Made by a program: the position numbers and the translations under genes. The notes beneath the pieces were generated by a model that searched no databases, had not been told where the DNA came from, and saw only the letters and a list, made by a program, of their open reading frames with translations. A DNA stretch of 64,000 nt from Candidatus Cloacimonadota bacterium (GTDB lineage Bacteria; Cloacimonadota; Cloacimonadia; G963667145). The DNA lies in the NCBI GenBank assembly GCA_963676615.1, contig OY781092.1, forward strand, positions 1,344,001 through 1,408,000, in the 5' to 3' direction. Shown here piece by piece: positions 1-10,256 of the stretch. How positions within the stretch are numbered: the first letter of the stretch is position 1; every line of letters begins with the position of its first letter.

Positions 1-2
1 AC

Positions 3-314
3 ACATTTGCGCAACACGACGAAGAGGTCGCCTACTCGCTGGGCGTGCCATTCTCTGCCTCGCTGGTGTTCGCCTCCTGCGTCTGCCAAACGGACGCTCC
101 CGGCACAACACACCGCAAACATATGGAGACAGCCAGAGGCGTTTTGAGCGAAGACGACTACCTGCTTTCCGAGATTTTATTCAACCCAAAAGTAATCCCC
201 CAAATCGAAAAAATCAACTCCAAACTGTCCTACCTGACGCACATCATCAAGAGCCGCAACACCGAAATAATGAAAGAATTTTTGAACGAGCTGCGCCAAA
301 ACATCAAGCTATGA
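3..314 (+). CDS. tyrA: Prephenate dehydrogenase, C-terminal part (5'-truncated by window edge)
   Basis: Frame is open from base 3 (TFAQHDEEVAYSLGVPFSASLVF...APGTT...LSEDDYLLSEILFNP), resembling the C-terminus of Bacteroidota-type prephenate dehydrogenases; overlaps aroB start (ATGA). Confidence 0.7.
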   Translation, partial: TFAQHDEEVAYSLGVPFSASLVFASCVCQTDAPGTTHRKHMETARGVLSEDDYLLSEILFNPKVIPQIEKINSKLSYLTHIIKSRNTEIMKEFLNELRQNIKL

Positions 315-1399
315 AGCAACTTACGCTGGAAATACCCGCAAAGCCGAAACTCTCGCAAATAAATTTTTGGGAAGATTTTCCGCCCGTTGAAAAAAAACAG
401 ACGAGCAAAAATCCGCAAGTAATCATCACCGACAGCAACCTACACAAGCACTACAAAAGCTGGCTAGAAGCGAACTTCTCGGCGGCGCTTGTCTATATCA
501 TCGAGCCTGGCGAAAAAAGCAAAAGTCGCAAAACGAAAGCCGAAATTGAAGATTTGCTCTTGCAAAAAAATTACCCGCGCAACACCGAAATAATCGCTTT
601 CGGCGGAGGAGTCGTCGGAGATTTGGCAGGCTACATCGCCGCTACCTACAAGCGCGGCGTCCGCTTCTTGCAAATCCCCACATCACTTTTGGCGATGGTC
701 GATTCCAGCGTCGGCGGCAAAACCGCAGTTAACACGCCATTTGGTAAAAATCTCATCGGCGCTTTTTGGCAGCCCGCAAAAGTGGACATCGCCCCGAAAT
801 TCCTCGACACGCTGGACGACGAGCAATTTATGAGCGGACTCGCCGAAGTTATCAAAATGGCGGCAACTTTCGACACTCAATTCTTTCGATTTATTCAGGA
901 AAATCGCCAAAAAATCTTGGCGAAAGAGCAAGCGGCGATTATGCACATCATCCAAAAAGCTATCCAGAAAAAAGCCGAAATCGTCCAAGAAGACGAGACC
1001 GAGCAAGGCGTGCGGGCGCTGCTCAACTTTGGGCACACCGCAGCGCACAGCATCGAGACCGCCTCCAAGCACAAAATCGTCCACGGCAAAGCTGTGGCTA
1101 TCGGCATCGCTATCGAATCGATTTTGGCGTGGCAAAACGGACATCTGCCCGCTCCAGAATTAGAAAAAATCTTGCAACTTTTGGCGCAATTGGGCTACCT
1201 TTTGCCGCTGTCCTATTCCGCCGAAAAACTTATCGGCATTATGCAAAACGACAAAAAAAACAAAGACGGCAAAATCTATTTCGTCTGCCTGTGCGCCGTC
1301 GGCAAAGCCAAAAGCGAGCTGCTGTCCTTCAACCAGCAAGCCATCGAGCAAGCCTTAAAATACTATCAAGATTATGCTAGCAATCACGCCAAAATCTAA
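311..1399 (+). CDS. aroB: 3-dehydroquinate synthase
   Basis: Motifs GGGVVGDLAG, PTSLLAMVDSSVGGKT, LNFGHT. Confidence 0.97.
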   Translation: MKQLTLEIPAKPKLSQINFWEDFPPVEKKQTSKNPQVIITDSNLHKHYKSWLEANFSAALVYIIEPGEKSKSRKTKAEIEDLLLQKNYPRNTEIIAFGGGVVGDLAGYIAATYKRGVRFLQIPTSLLAMVDSSVGGKTAVNTPFGKNLIGAFWQPAKVDIAPKFLDTLDDEQFMSGLAEVIKMAATFDTQFFRFIQENRQKILAKEQAAIMHIIQKAIQKKAEIVQEDETEQGVRALLNFGHTAAHSIETASKHKIVHGKAVAIGIAIESILAWQNGHLPAPELEKILQLLAQLGYLLPLSYSAEKLIGIMQNDKKNKDGKIYFVCLCAVGKAKSELLSFNQQAIEQALKYYQDYASNHAKI

Positions 1400-2633
1400 A
1401 GCTCAGCTCGGCGAAATTTTGCGAAATCCTGCTATCCCGGGAAGCAAATACGAAGCCGTGCGTCTGCTATTTTTGGCGGCTCTGAGCAGCGGAACAACAA
1501 CGCTCAAGGAGCTGCCCGAAGCACAAGACATCAAAGACGCAATCTCGGCGTTGCAAAATTTGGGCATCGACATCAAAATCGCTGGAAACACCGCCACGAT
1601 AGAAGGCTCAAGCGGAAAATTCACTCCCCGAAAAAGCGAAGTGCACCTAGGAAAATCGGGCACTTTAGCCCGCTTCATCATTCCTTTTATCGCCTTGCAA
1701 AATAAGGCAGTTAAAGTAAACGCCGACCCACAACTTTGCGCTCGCCCAATGCAAGAGATTTTTTCTGCTCTCAGCCAAAAAGGCGTGCAAATCAACTCAA
1801 CCAGCGGACACCTGCCAGCCACAATCAAAGGCGGCAACCTCCACGGAAAAAAAATCTGCGTTGACGCCTCTCGCAGCAGCCAGTTCCTCAGCGGACTCCT
1901 GCTCGTTGCACCCGTGACAAACCTGCAAATCTGCACCAGCGAAAAAGTCGTCTCCCAAACTTTCGTCGAGCTGACCCTAAACTTAATGCAAAAATTCGGC
2001 GCGATTTGGAAAAAAGAAAAAAACTGCTACAGCTTCGCCACCGCAGGCTATCAATCCCGAGAATATCAAATCCCAGCCGACTGGTCGTCCGCGAGCTACT
2101 TTTTGGCGCTCTCCGCCATCACGGGCGTGCCTTGCACGATAAACAATCTCGACCTCGATAGCAAACAGGGCGAAGCCAGATTTTACCAAATTTTGCAAAA
2201 AATGGGCTGTCCCATCGAAAAAAAAGACAACGCTCTTGTCGTGGGAAAATGCACCGAATTGCAAGGCGTCTGCGAAGATTTGAACGCAATGCCCGACATC
2301 GTGCCGACTTTGGCGGCAATCGCCACCTTGGCAAAAAGCAAAACGACCATCTCCAACATCGAGCATCTGCGCTACAAAGAGTGCGACCGCCTGAGCCTGA
2401 TTGTGCAGGAGATTAACAACATCGGCGGCAAGGCAGAAGCCCAGCAAGACAAGATGATCATCTATCCGCAAAAGCCAACTGCGGGCATCGTTGATCCGCA
2501 CGACGACCACCGCCTAGCGATGAGTTTCGCGCTGCTGGCGCTGGCTGGCAATCCCCTAAAAATCAAAAACCCCGACTGCGTGAACAAATCTTTTTCGAAC
2601 TTTTGGAAAACAATGCGCATCCACAAATCGTAA
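1374..2633 (+). CDS. aroA: 3-phosphoshikimate 1-carboxyvinyltransferase (EPSP synthase)
   Basis: Motifs PGSK, SSQFLSGLLL, LRYKECDRL, DDHRLAMSF. Confidence 0.96.
   Translation: MLAITPKSKAQLGEILRNPAIPGSKYEAVRLLFLAALSSGTTTLKELPEAQDIKDAISALQNLGIDIKIAGNTATIEGSSGKFTPRKSEVHLGKSGTLARFIIPFIALQNKAVKVNADPQLCARPMQEIFSALSQKGVQINSTSGHLPATIKGGNLHGKKICVDASRSSQFLSGLLLVAPVTNLQICTSEKVVSQTFVELTLNLMQKFGAIWKKEKNCYSFATAGYQSREYQIPADWSSASYFLALSAITGVPCTINNLDLDSKQGEARFYQILQKMGCPIEKKDNALVVGKCTELQGVCEDLNAMPDIVPTLAAIATLAKSKTTISNIEHLRYKECDRLSLIVQEINNIGGKAEAQQDKMIIYPQKPTAGIVDPHDDHRLAMSFALLALAGNPLKIKNPDCVNKSFSNFWKTMRIHKS
2601..2633 (+). repeat. Direct repeat, left copy (33 bp, equal to the aroA 3' end)
   Basis: ttttggaaaacaatgcgcatccacaaatcgtaa matches 3302-3334 at 32/33 positions. 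Confidence 0.95.
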
Positions 2634-2654
2634 GCTAGCAAACAATCGGGAAAT

Positions 2655-2972
2655 TCAAGCAGTTTCAGCCGACCTTTTCAGTACATACTTGTGCAAGATA
2701 GAGCCAATCAAAGTTTGATAAGGAATCCCCTCGAGAGCAGCCTCCTCCCTGATTTTGTCCACATCATCGATAAACAATCGAATGCTATAAGCCTTTTTTA
2801 TCCTTCTCTTTCCAACAGTATTTTTCGCCGCCTCTCTCATTTTAGCCATCAAATCGTCTTTTCGCTTACCCTGGACAGGCTGCCACTCATCATTTTCAAG
2901 GCTCTCCATCACCTTCCGCTCATAATCGTCCATAGGCTTATCATACTTTTCTTTCAACTCTTTATCCGTCAT
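2655..2972 (-). CDS. Antitoxin, BrnA/CopG-like ribbon-helix-helix
   Basis: C-terminal SIRL...IREEAALEGIPYQTLIGSILHKYV motif typical of BrnT partner antitoxins; overlaps the toxin stop. Confidence 0.85.
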   Translation of the reverse strand: MTDKELKEKYDKPMDDYERKVMESLENDEWQPVQGKRKDDLMAKMREAAKNTVGKRRIKKAYSIRLFIDDVDKIREEAALEGIPYQTLIGSILHKYVLKRSAETA

Positions 2973-3241
2973 AACTCCCCCTTCAAATACTTTTTGGTCA
3001 TTTTTCTGCTTTTAAAAACAGTAATCAAATAAAAATAATCGCCCTTATCAATCAACGGCACGCAATATATATAATCGCTATACCAAATAATCATCATTTC
3101 CTGATGAGAATATTCGTCATTTTTTTGCTCCTGAAAATCAACAAAAACCCCGCTATTAAAAGCATCTACTATCTCCTCAAAAGAGATTCCCCTTTCTTCT
3201 ATGAGCTTTTTATTTTTCTCTTCGTTCCACTTAAAAATCAT
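2969..3241 (-). CDS. brnT: BrnT-family ribonuclease toxin
   Basis: N-terminal FKWNEEKNKKLIEERGISFEEI and C-terminal LITVFKSRKMTKKYL signatures. Confidence 0.85.
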   Translation of the reverse strand: MIFKWNEEKNKKLIEERGISFEEIVDAFNSGVFVDFQEQKNDEYSHQEMMIIWYSDYIYCVPLIDKGDYFYLITVFKSRKMTKKYLKGEL

Positions 3242-3260
3242 AACCAATCCTCACGACACC

Positions 3261-3288
3261 AACATAAGTCCTGTATATACACTGTCAA
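3261..3288 (-). promoter_or_regulatory. Sigma-70-type promoter of the TA operon with operator palindrome
   Basis: Minus strand TTGACA-N16-TATGTT; perfect palindrome TGTATATACA (3272-3281) in the spacer. Confidence 0.65.
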
Positions 3289-3301
3289 CTTTTTTGAGAT
3301 T

Positions 3302-3334
3302 TTTTGGAAAACGATGCGCATCCACAAATCGTAA
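3302..3334 (+). repeat. Direct repeat, right copy (duplicated aroA 3' end)
   Basis: ttttggaaaacgatgcgcatccacaaatcgtaa, one mismatch to 2601-2633. Confidence 0.95.
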
Positions 3335-3417
3335 AATCCCCACAAAAAACACTTTTTGAGTTGACAACTAAATCGCTTAACGAAGAAATTGAGGAAATTA
3401 CAAAATTCGAGGAAAAA

Positions 3418-3492
3418 ATGAATAGAATTCAAACTAGCAGAAATTGGTGGTGGAACTTGCTTGCAGTGCAGGTAAGTTGTTCTATTCTATAA
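3418..3492 (+). CDS. trpL: trp operon leader peptide MNRIQTSRNWWWNLLAVQVSCSIL
   Basis: Three consecutive TGG codons, GAGG RBS upstream, TTGACA at 3361, directly upstream of trpE(G). Confidence 0.85.
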   Translation: MNRIQTSRNWWWNLLAVQVSCSIL

Positions 3493-3550
3493 AAATAGCA
3501 TAACAGCAATTACGATAGCTTGCACTAAAAAAAGTGCAAGCTATTTTTTT
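3454..3550 (+). promoter_or_regulatory. trp transcriptional attenuator
   Basis: Hairpin aacttgcttgca/tgcaggtaagtt (3454-3478); terminator atagcttgcact/agtgcaagctat plus T-run (3515-3550); agtgcaggt (3465-3473) can instead pair with gcttgcact (3518-3526) as antiterminator. Confidence 0.85.
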
Positions 3551-3581
3551 ATGCGCAAAATTTACCAAAAAAGGAGAAAAA

Positions 3582-5735
3582 ATGGAGTATCTAACAAAAG
3601 GCAAAATCAAAATAAGCCGCCAAAAAGAGAAGCTGCAAGCCCACGACGATATCTCTTTTCTCGTCGAGAATTTGGACGCTGGGCGCGGAATGTTCCTCTC
3701 CTCTGGCACAGAGTATCCCGGCAGGTACTCTCGCTGGGAGACCGGATTTGTCGCACCGCCTGTAGAGGTAATCGCCTTTTCCCAAAAGGTCGTGTTCACC
3801 GCTCTAAACTCGAAAGGCGAAAATTTGCTCGAAATTTTTTACCGAATCTTGAGCGAAGGGCAAAACAAGATGTATCGGCTAGAAAAAAACGACAAACAAA
3901 TCGTGGCGAGCATCGTTTTTGCAGGCGGAATCTTTACCGAAGAGCAAAGGAGCAAACAAGCCTCGATACTCACACCAATCCGAGACCTGCTCGGCGCGCT
4001 CAAAAGCAAGCACGACAGCACTTTGGGATTTTATGGCGCTTTCGGATTTGACCTGCTTTTCCAGTTTGAAAAAATCAAGTTCGTCAACAAAAGAGACGCC
4101 TCGCAACCGATTGTGCGGCTGTTTTTTCCCGACAAAATCTACACCTACGACAGAAAAAAGGAAGAAGGATTTTGCCACCGCTACGATTTCTGCTATCAAG
4201 ATATTTCGGCAGAACGCTTTGCCGACAAGCCTTTGGTTTTGCCAAAAAGTTCCTCGCCAGAAATCTCTTTGGCGCAAAACGCAAAAATCAGATCCAATCT
4301 CAGCGATGCGCAATATGCCGCTTTGGTAGAAAAAGCCAAGCAGAATATGCAGCTGGGCGATATTTTCGAGCTGGTTTTGAGCAGAAAATACAGCGTTCCC
4401 TACGCAAAAAGTTGCGCTGCTCTTTTCCGAAAAATGATCCAAATCAATCCGTCGCCCTATCAATTTTTTTGCCAATTTGGCGACGAGCAGCTCATCGGAA
4501 CATCGCCCGAAATGTTTGTCCGCGTCACCCAAAACGAGGTCGAGTCGTGCCCAATATCTGGCACAATCAAGCGAGGGACAAACCCGCTAGAAGACGCACG
4601 GCAAATCAAGCAGCTGCTAAATTCCGAAAAGGACGAGGTCGAGCTGACGATGTGCACGGATGTCGATCGCAACGACAAATCCAGAGTGTGCAAACCGGGC
4701 AGCATCAAACTGCTGGGCAGGCGACAGATAGAACGCTACAAAGGGCTTTTTCACACCGTTGATCATCTGGTCGGCACACTCCGCGACGACTGCGACGGAA
4801 TCGACGCCTTTTTGTCGCATATGTGGGCTGTCACGCTGATGGGCTCGCCCAAATCAATAGCAGCCCAGCTAATCGAAGAATACGAAAACGAGCCACGCGA
4901 ATACTACGGCGGAGCCATCGGCGCGCTTTTTTGCAACGGCGACATCAACACAGGCATCACCATCCGCACGATTCACCTAAAAGACAAAATCGCCAAATAT
5001 TCCGTCGGCGCAAGCTTAGTTTACGACTCCGTCGGCGAAGAAGAAGCAAAAGAGACCCAGCTAAAATCGGCATCTTTTTTCAACATTTTCAACTCTTCTG
5101 CTATCAAAAAACCAGCAAAAAGCGAAAAAATCGGAAGCGGGCTGAAAGTCGTCGTCATCGACAATCAAGACTCCTTCGTCAACACCCTGGCAGACTACTT
5201 CCGCCAAATAGGAGCGGCGGTCATCACCTATCGTAGCGGCACCAATCTCGAAATTTTGCTCTCCGAAAAACCCGATTTGATTTTGCACTCTCCGGGACCA
5301 AAATTGCCCAAAGATTTTGGAATGCACGAGATTATCGAAAAACTAGCAAAATTGAACATCCCGCAATTCGGCGTTTGCCTTGGTTTACAGGGCATCGTCG
5401 AAACTTTTGGCGGAAATTTGCGTCGCCTAGAGATTCCGCATCAAGGCAAAAAATGGCAAATCACTCACAGCGACCAAAATATTTTTGAAAACCTGCCAAA
5501 CCCGTGCCAAGTGGGCGCTTATCACTCGTGGGTCGCCGACGAAAAAAGCTTTCCCTCGTGCCTTGAAATCACCGCACAAACCAGCCAAGGGCTAATAATG
5601 GGCATCGCGCACAAAACCAAACCGCTCTGGGCTGTGCAATTTCACCCAGAATCGATAATGAGTATGAACTCAGGCGCAGGGCTGCTCTTGATAAAAAATG
5701 TAATTCGTTGCGTAAAAAGGAGTAAAAATTTATGA
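3582..5735 (+). CDS. trpE: Anthranilate synthase, fused component I and II (TrpE-TrpG)
   Basis: Chorismate-binding motifs INPSPY, SPEMFV, CTDVDRND followed by GATase motifs DNQDSF, SPGP, GVCLG, QFHPES; AGGAG RBS before ATG 3582. Confidence 0.95.
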   Translation: MEYLTKGKIKISRQKEKLQAHDDISFLVENLDAGRGMFLSSGTEYPGRYSRWETGFVAPPVEVIAFSQKVVFTALNSKGENLLEIFYRILSEGQNKMYRLEKNDKQIVASIVFAGGIFTEEQRSKQASILTPIRDLLGALKSKHDSTLGFYGAFGFDLLFQFEKIKFVNKRDASQPIVRLFFPDKIYTYDRKKEEGFCHRYDFCYQDISAERFADKPLVLPKSSSPEISLAQNAKIRSNLSDAQYAALVEKAKQNMQLGDIFELVLSRKYSVPYAKSCAALFRKMIQINPSPYQFFCQFGDEQLIGTSPEMFVRVTQNEVESCPISGTIKRGTNPLEDARQIKQLLNSEKDEVELTMCTDVDRNDKSRVCKPGSIKLLGRRQIERYKGLFHTVDHLVGTLRDDCDGIDAFLSHMWAVTLMGSPKSIAAQLIEEYENEPREYYGGAIGALFCNGDINTGITIRTIHLKDKIAKYSVGASLVYDSVGEEEAKETQLKSASFFNIFNSSAIKKPAKSEKIGSGLKVVVIDNQDSFVNTLADYFRQIGAAVITYRSGTNLEILLSEKPDLILHSPGPKLPKDFGMHEIIEKLAKLNIPQFGVCLGLQGIVETFGGNLRRLEIPHQGKKWQITHSDQNIFENLPNPCQVGAYHSWVADEKSFPSCLEITAQTSQGLIMGIAHKTKPLWAVQFHPESIMSMNSGAGLLLIKNVIRCVKRSKNL

Positions 5736-6739
5736 AAAATATTTTAGCCAAAACTTTTGAAGGAAAATATTTGAACGAGCGGGAAATTTCCACCGCTCTT
5801 TGCCAGATAATCGACGAAAAATGCTCGTCGGAGCAAGCCGCAGCCCTTTTGGGAGCGATATCTTCTCGCGGAGTGCAACCGCAGGAACTCGCCAGTTTCG
5901 CCAAATTTATGCGAAGCAAAAGCAACCCGCTAGACACACAAAATCTGGCGGATTTAATCGATGTATGCGGCACTGGCGGCGATCGAGCGGGAACTTTCAA
6001 CATCTCGACCACCGTCTGCTTTGTCATAGCAGGCGCAGGCTGCCAAGTGGCAAAGCACGGCAACCGCTCCGTCTCCAGCAAAAGCGGCAGCGCCGATGTT
6101 CTGGAAAAATTGGGCGTCGCCACCGATATGCCCAGCGCTCAAATAGCTAACTGCATCAAAACCAACAAGATGGCGTTCATCTTCGCCCCGCTATACCATC
6201 CCAGTATGGCGAAAATCAAAAAAGTGCGCGAAAGCATCGGCGTGCCAACAATTTTCAACCTGCTCGGACCTCTGGTAAATCCCGCAAAGTTGAGCTATCA
6301 GGTCATCGGCGTTTACGAAAAAAGCAAATGCAAACTGATGGCCAGCGCCCTGCTGCACACACCAATCCAAGAGGCGATGGTCGTCTGCGGAGACGGCCGC
6401 CTCGACGAATTTTCCACCACGGGCGACAACCTCGTCTATCACATCAAAAACAAAAAAATCACCGAAAAAATCGTCTCACCCGAAAAACTCGGACTGCAAA
6501 AAGCGAAAATAGAAGACCTCGTCGGCGGCGACGCCCAAAAAAACGCCCAGATAATCTTGGAAATTTTGCAAGGAAAACTCGGCGCCAAACGAGACATTGT
6601 CTTACTAAACGCAGCCGCAGCGCTGATTGTCGCAGGCAAAGCAAAAGATTTCTCCGACGGACTGCAAAAAGCCAGAGCCTCCATCGACTCTGGGCAAGCT
6701 CTAGAAATTTTAAGGAAGTTGCAAAATGTTTCTCGATAA
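5732..6739 (+). CDS. trpD: Anthranilate phosphoribosyltransferase
   Basis: DVCGTGGD, FNIST, KHGNRSVSSKSGSAD. Confidence 0.97.
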   Translation: MKNILAKTFEGKYLNEREISTALCQIIDEKCSSEQAAALLGAISSRGVQPQELASFAKFMRSKSNPLDTQNLADLIDVCGTGGDRAGTFNISTTVCFVIAGAGCQVAKHGNRSVSSKSGSADVLEKLGVATDMPSAQIANCIKTNKMAFIFAPLYHPSMAKIKKVRESIGVPTIFNLLGPLVNPAKLSYQVIGVYEKSKCKLMASALLHTPIQEAMVVCGDGRLDEFSTTGDNLVYHIKNKKITEKIVSPEKLGLQKAKIEDLVGGDAQKNAQIILEILQGKLGAKRDIVLLNAAAALIVAGKAKDFSDGLQKARASIDSGQALEILRKLQNVSR

Positions 6740-7469
6740 AATAAAGCAAATCACAGAAAATCAGTTAGTTAAACAAAAATCAGCGCGCGCAAATATCACA
6801 GAAATTTTCAGGCAAAACCGCTATAACTTTATCGCCGAAATCAAAAAAGCCAGTCCTTCAAGGGGCGAAATCGCGCCAAACGCCGACATCGCAAAAATCG
6901 CCAAAGATTACGCAACTCACGGAGCTACCGCCATTTCCGTGTTAACCGAGCCGCAATTTTTCAAAGGCGACATCGACTATCTGCGGCAAATTCGGCAAAT
7001 ATCGCCAAACGCAATTTTGCTGCGCAAAGATTTCATCATCGACGCCTATCAAATTTACGAGGCAAAATTGGCGGGCGCAGAAATGATCCTGCTCATTCTC
7101 GCCCTCACTGGCGCAGAAAAAACCGCACAACTCATTCAAATTGCGAAAGATATCGGATTGGAGGTTTTGCTCGAAGTCCACACCGAGCAGGAGATGAAGA
7201 CCGCTTTGACTATGCGTGCCAATTTCGTCGGCGTAAACAATCGCAACTTGAAGACCCTGCAAGTCTCGCTGGATGTCGCCCGCTCGCTGTCCAAATATAT
7301 CTGCAAGGGCAAAATCTTCGTCTGCGAAAGCGGGCTGCAATCCGCACAAGAAATTCAGGAGATGGCAAATCTCGGCTACAGCGGATTTTTGATTGGCTCG
7401 CACCTGATGCAAGCCGATTCTCCTGGCGAAGAACTGAAAAAACTAATAAAAGAAGTGCAAAATGACTAA
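6726..7469 (+). CDS. trpC: Indole-3-glycerol phosphate synthase
   Basis: IAEIKKASPSRG, SVLTE, LRKDFI, GVNNRNL, ESG. Confidence 0.97.
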   Translation: MFLDKIKQITENQLVKQKSARANITEIFRQNRYNFIAEIKKASPSRGEIAPNADIAKIAKDYATHGATAISVLTEPQFFKGDIDYLRQIRQISPNAILLRKDFIIDAYQIYEAKLAGAEMILLILALTGAEKTAQLIQIAKDIGLEVLLEVHTEQEMKTALTMRANFVGVNNRNLKTLQVSLDVARSLSKYICKGKIFVCESGLQSAQEIQEMANLGYSGFLIGSHLMQADSPGEELKKLIKEVQND

Positions 7470-8067
7470 GACCAAAATCTGCGGAATCACCAATTTTGTC
7501 GACGGTTCGCTGGCAGCGCAGCTGGGCGCATGGGCTATCGGCTTCGTTTTCTATCCAAACAGCCCTCGCTATATTTTGCCAGAAAATGCAGCGCAAATCA
7601 CGCGGCAACTAGCGAATTATCCCGTCAAAACCATCGGCGTTTTTGTTAACGAAACTCCCGAGCGCATCAACTCGATCGCCGCAAAAGTGCGCCTCGATTA
7701 TGTGCAACTGCACGGCACAGAGCCCGAAATCGCTTGCCGAAAAATCGAGCGCCCTTACATCAAAAATATTCGCTCCATCGAGGAATTAGCCGACTATTCT
7801 GGCGCTTTCGCTTATCTAATCGACGCCCACGACACCGAAAATTGGGGTGGCACAGGCAAATTAGCCGACTGGCAGCTCGCCAAGCAAATCAAATCCCAAA
7901 GCAAGCCGCTTATGCTCTCTGGCGGATTATCTACAGAAAATATCGCCGTCGCAATCGACCAGATACGCCCAGATTTTTTGGACATATCCAGCAGCATCGA
8001 GACAAAACCAGGCGAAAAAAATCACCACCTAATGCGACAACTTTTTGCCAAATTAAAAGAAAAATAA
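7462..8067 (+). CDS. trpF: Phosphoribosylanthranilate isomerase
   Basis: [25 protein letters not shown]. Confidence 0.96.
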   Translation: MTKTKICGITNFVDGSLAAQLGAWAIGFVFYPNSPRYILPENAAQITRQLANYPVKTIGVFVNETPERINSIAAKVRLDYVQLHGTEPEIACRKIERPYIKNIRSIEELADYSGAFAYLIDAHDTENWGGTGKLADWQLAKQIKSQSKPLMLSGGLSTENIAVAIDQIRPDFLDISSSIETKPGEKNHHLMRQLFAKLKEK

Positions 8068-8077
8068 GGAGACTCTA

Positions 8078-9274
8078 GTGAACCAGAAATATCCCGACCA
8101 CAAAGGCTATTACGAAGAGTTCGGAGGCAAATTTATCCCCGAAACTTTGATGCCCGCAATAGAAAAACTGGAAATCGAATGGAACAAGGCGAAAAATTCC
8201 CAAACTTTTTGGGACGAAATCCAGCGCTATCACCGATTTTACACAGGTCGCCCATCGCCGCTATACTACGCGCAAAGGCTCACCAAATTTTTGGGCGGAG
8301 CGAAAATCTACCTCAAACGAGAAGACCTCAACCACACCGGCGCGCACAAAATCAACCACTGCATCGGGCAGATAATGCTGGCAAAAAAAATGGGCAAAAC
8401 TCGCATTGTGGCAGAGACTGGCGCAGGGCAACACGGCGTGGCTACAGCCACCGCAGCCGCTCTTTTCGGAATGAAATGCGTGGTCTATCAAGGAGCCGTG
8501 GACATCCAGAGGCAAAAGCCAAATCTTTTTCGGATGAAACTGCTCGGCGCCGAAGTCAAGCCCGTGCAAGACGGCTCCAGAACGCTCAAAGACGCCGTCA
8601 CAGCCGCAATGCAAGACTGGGTAGCCAACGCAGAAGACACCTACTATCTGCTCGGCTCGGTGATGGGACCACACCCTTATCCAGAAATGATACGCACTTT
8701 CCAGTCGGTCGTCGGGCGAGAAATCGAAGCTCAAATAATGCAGCTCGAAGGCAAACTCCCCGACAGCATCGTCGCTTGTGTCGGCGGCGGCTCCAACGCA
8801 ATCGGAGCTTTCTATCCTTTTCTTGCGCAAAAAAGCGTGCAACTAATCGGCGTTGAGGCAGCTGGCAAAGGCCTCGAAACAGGCAAACACGCAGCCACCA
8901 TCGCCAAAGGCAAAAAAGGCGTCTTCCACGGAATGCTCTCCTACTTTTTGCAAGACGACAACGGGCAAATCGTCGAGCCGCACTCGATTTCTGCTGGGCT
9001 AGACTATCCCGGCATCGGTCCCGAACACGCAATGCTCCATCAGACAAAAAGAGCCGCCTATCACAGCGTCACCGACGCCGAAGCTCTGCAAGCGTTCGAC
9101 CTGCTCTGCAAATTAGAGGGCATAATACCTGCCCTAGAATCTTCGAACGCAGTGGCTTACGCAATCAAAGCCGCTCCAAAATTAGACAAAAACCACATTA
9201 TGATCATCAACCTTTCTGGAAGAGGCGACAAAGACCTTTTCACAGTTGCCCAAAAAATGGGGGAAAATTTATGA
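8078..9274 (+). CDS. trpB: Tryptophan synthase beta chain
   Basis: [10 protein letters not shown] (PLP lysine), [22 protein letters not shown]. Confidence 0.98.
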   Translation: MNQKYPDHKGYYEEFGGKFIPETLMPAIEKLEIEWNKAKNSQTFWDEIQRYHRFYTGRPSPLYYAQRLTKFLGGAKIYLKREDLNHTGAHKINHCIGQIMLAKKMGKTRIVAETGAGQHGVATATAAALFGMKCVVYQGAVDIQRQKPNLFRMKLLGAEVKPVQDGSRTLKDAVTAAMQDWVANAEDTYYLLGSVMGPHPYPEMIRTFQSVVGREIEAQIMQLEGKLPDSIVACVGGGSNAIGAFYPFLAQKSVQLIGVEAAGKGLETGKHAATIAKGKKGVFHGMLSYFLQDDNGQIVEPHSISAGLDYPGIGPEHAMLHQTKRAAYHSVTDAEALQAFDLLCKLEGIIPALESSNAVAYAIKAAPKLDKNHIMIINLSGRGDKDLFTVAQKMGENL

Positions 9275-10074
9275 ACCGCATAACGCAAACCTTTGCCAGA
9301 CTTGCCCAAAGCGGCAAAAAAGCTTTCAGCCCTTTTCTGATGTCTGGCTATCCCGACAAAAAAACTTTCGAAGATTTGCTAAAAATCTGCTCCGAAACAG
9401 GCGTCGATTTTATCGAAGTAGGAATGCCGTTTTCCGACCCATCGGCAGACGGCGCCATCATCAAAAAAGCTGGCGAGCTGGCTCTGCAACAAGGCGCCAG
9501 CATACAATCGACTCTCGACTCCATCAAAAAATTCCGCGAATACGACAATCACACCCCCATAATCTGGATGGGCTACTTCAACGCAATTTACACTTTCGGC
9601 ACAGAAGCCTTCGCCCAGCAAATCGCCGCAGCTGGAATCGACGGACTGCTGGTCGTGGATTTGCCAATCGAAGAAAGCTGGCGAATTTCGCACCTAAAAG
9701 CGAAAAACATTGCCCCCATACGACTCGTCACTCCGCTCACGACAGCAGACAGGGCGCAAAAAATCGTCGACTCCGCCGCTGGATTCCTCTACTTCGTATC
9801 CATCGCAGGCATCACAGGCACCAAAGAGGCAGAAAGCGCAAAAATAGAATCGCTCGTCGGCAACATCAAAAAGCAAACCGATTTGCCCGTCGTGGTCGGA
9901 TTTGGAATAAAAACCCCGCAAAAAGCGAAGCAAATCCAGAAATTTGCAGACGGCGCAATAGTCGGCTCCGCCCTCGTGCAAGAAATCGACAAACATTTGG
10001 ACGAAGACAAAAAAGTCAAAAATCGCGCCTCATTCTTGAAAAACATCAAAAAACACCTGCAAAGCTACCTCTAG
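9271..10074 (+). CDS. trpA: Tryptophan synthase alpha chain
   Basis: [27 protein letters not shown]. Confidence 0.97.
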   Translation: MNRITQTFARLAQSGKKAFSPFLMSGYPDKKTFEDLLKICSETGVDFIEVGMPFSDPSADGAIIKKAGELALQQGASIQSTLDSIKKFREYDNHTPIIWMGYFNAIYTFGTEAFAQQIAAAGIDGLLVVDLPIEESWRISHLKAKNIAPIRLVTPLTTADRAQKIVDSAAGFLYFVSIAGITGTKEAESAKIESLVGNIKKQTDLPVVVGFGIKTPQKAKQIQKFADGAIVGSALVQEIDKHLDEDKKVKNRASFLKNIKKHLQSYL

Positions 10075-10256
10075 CCCACAAAAAACGCAAAGTCAGCTTG
10101 ACATCTTTTTGGGGCTCTCTAAAAAGGCATTTTTGATTTAAAAACTCGTTCACGATCTTGCATTTTCAAAAATTTTTGCGACATTTGCAACAGCTAACAT
10201 TTTGCCTGCGTGCAAGTTAGCGCAACCAAAAATTCAAATCCAAAAGGAGAAAATAG

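Noticed and set aside
3104..3334. 76-aa ORF ending in FWKTMRIHKS like AroA
   Set aside because: Antisense to brnT; the shared tail only reflects the duplicated aroA end.
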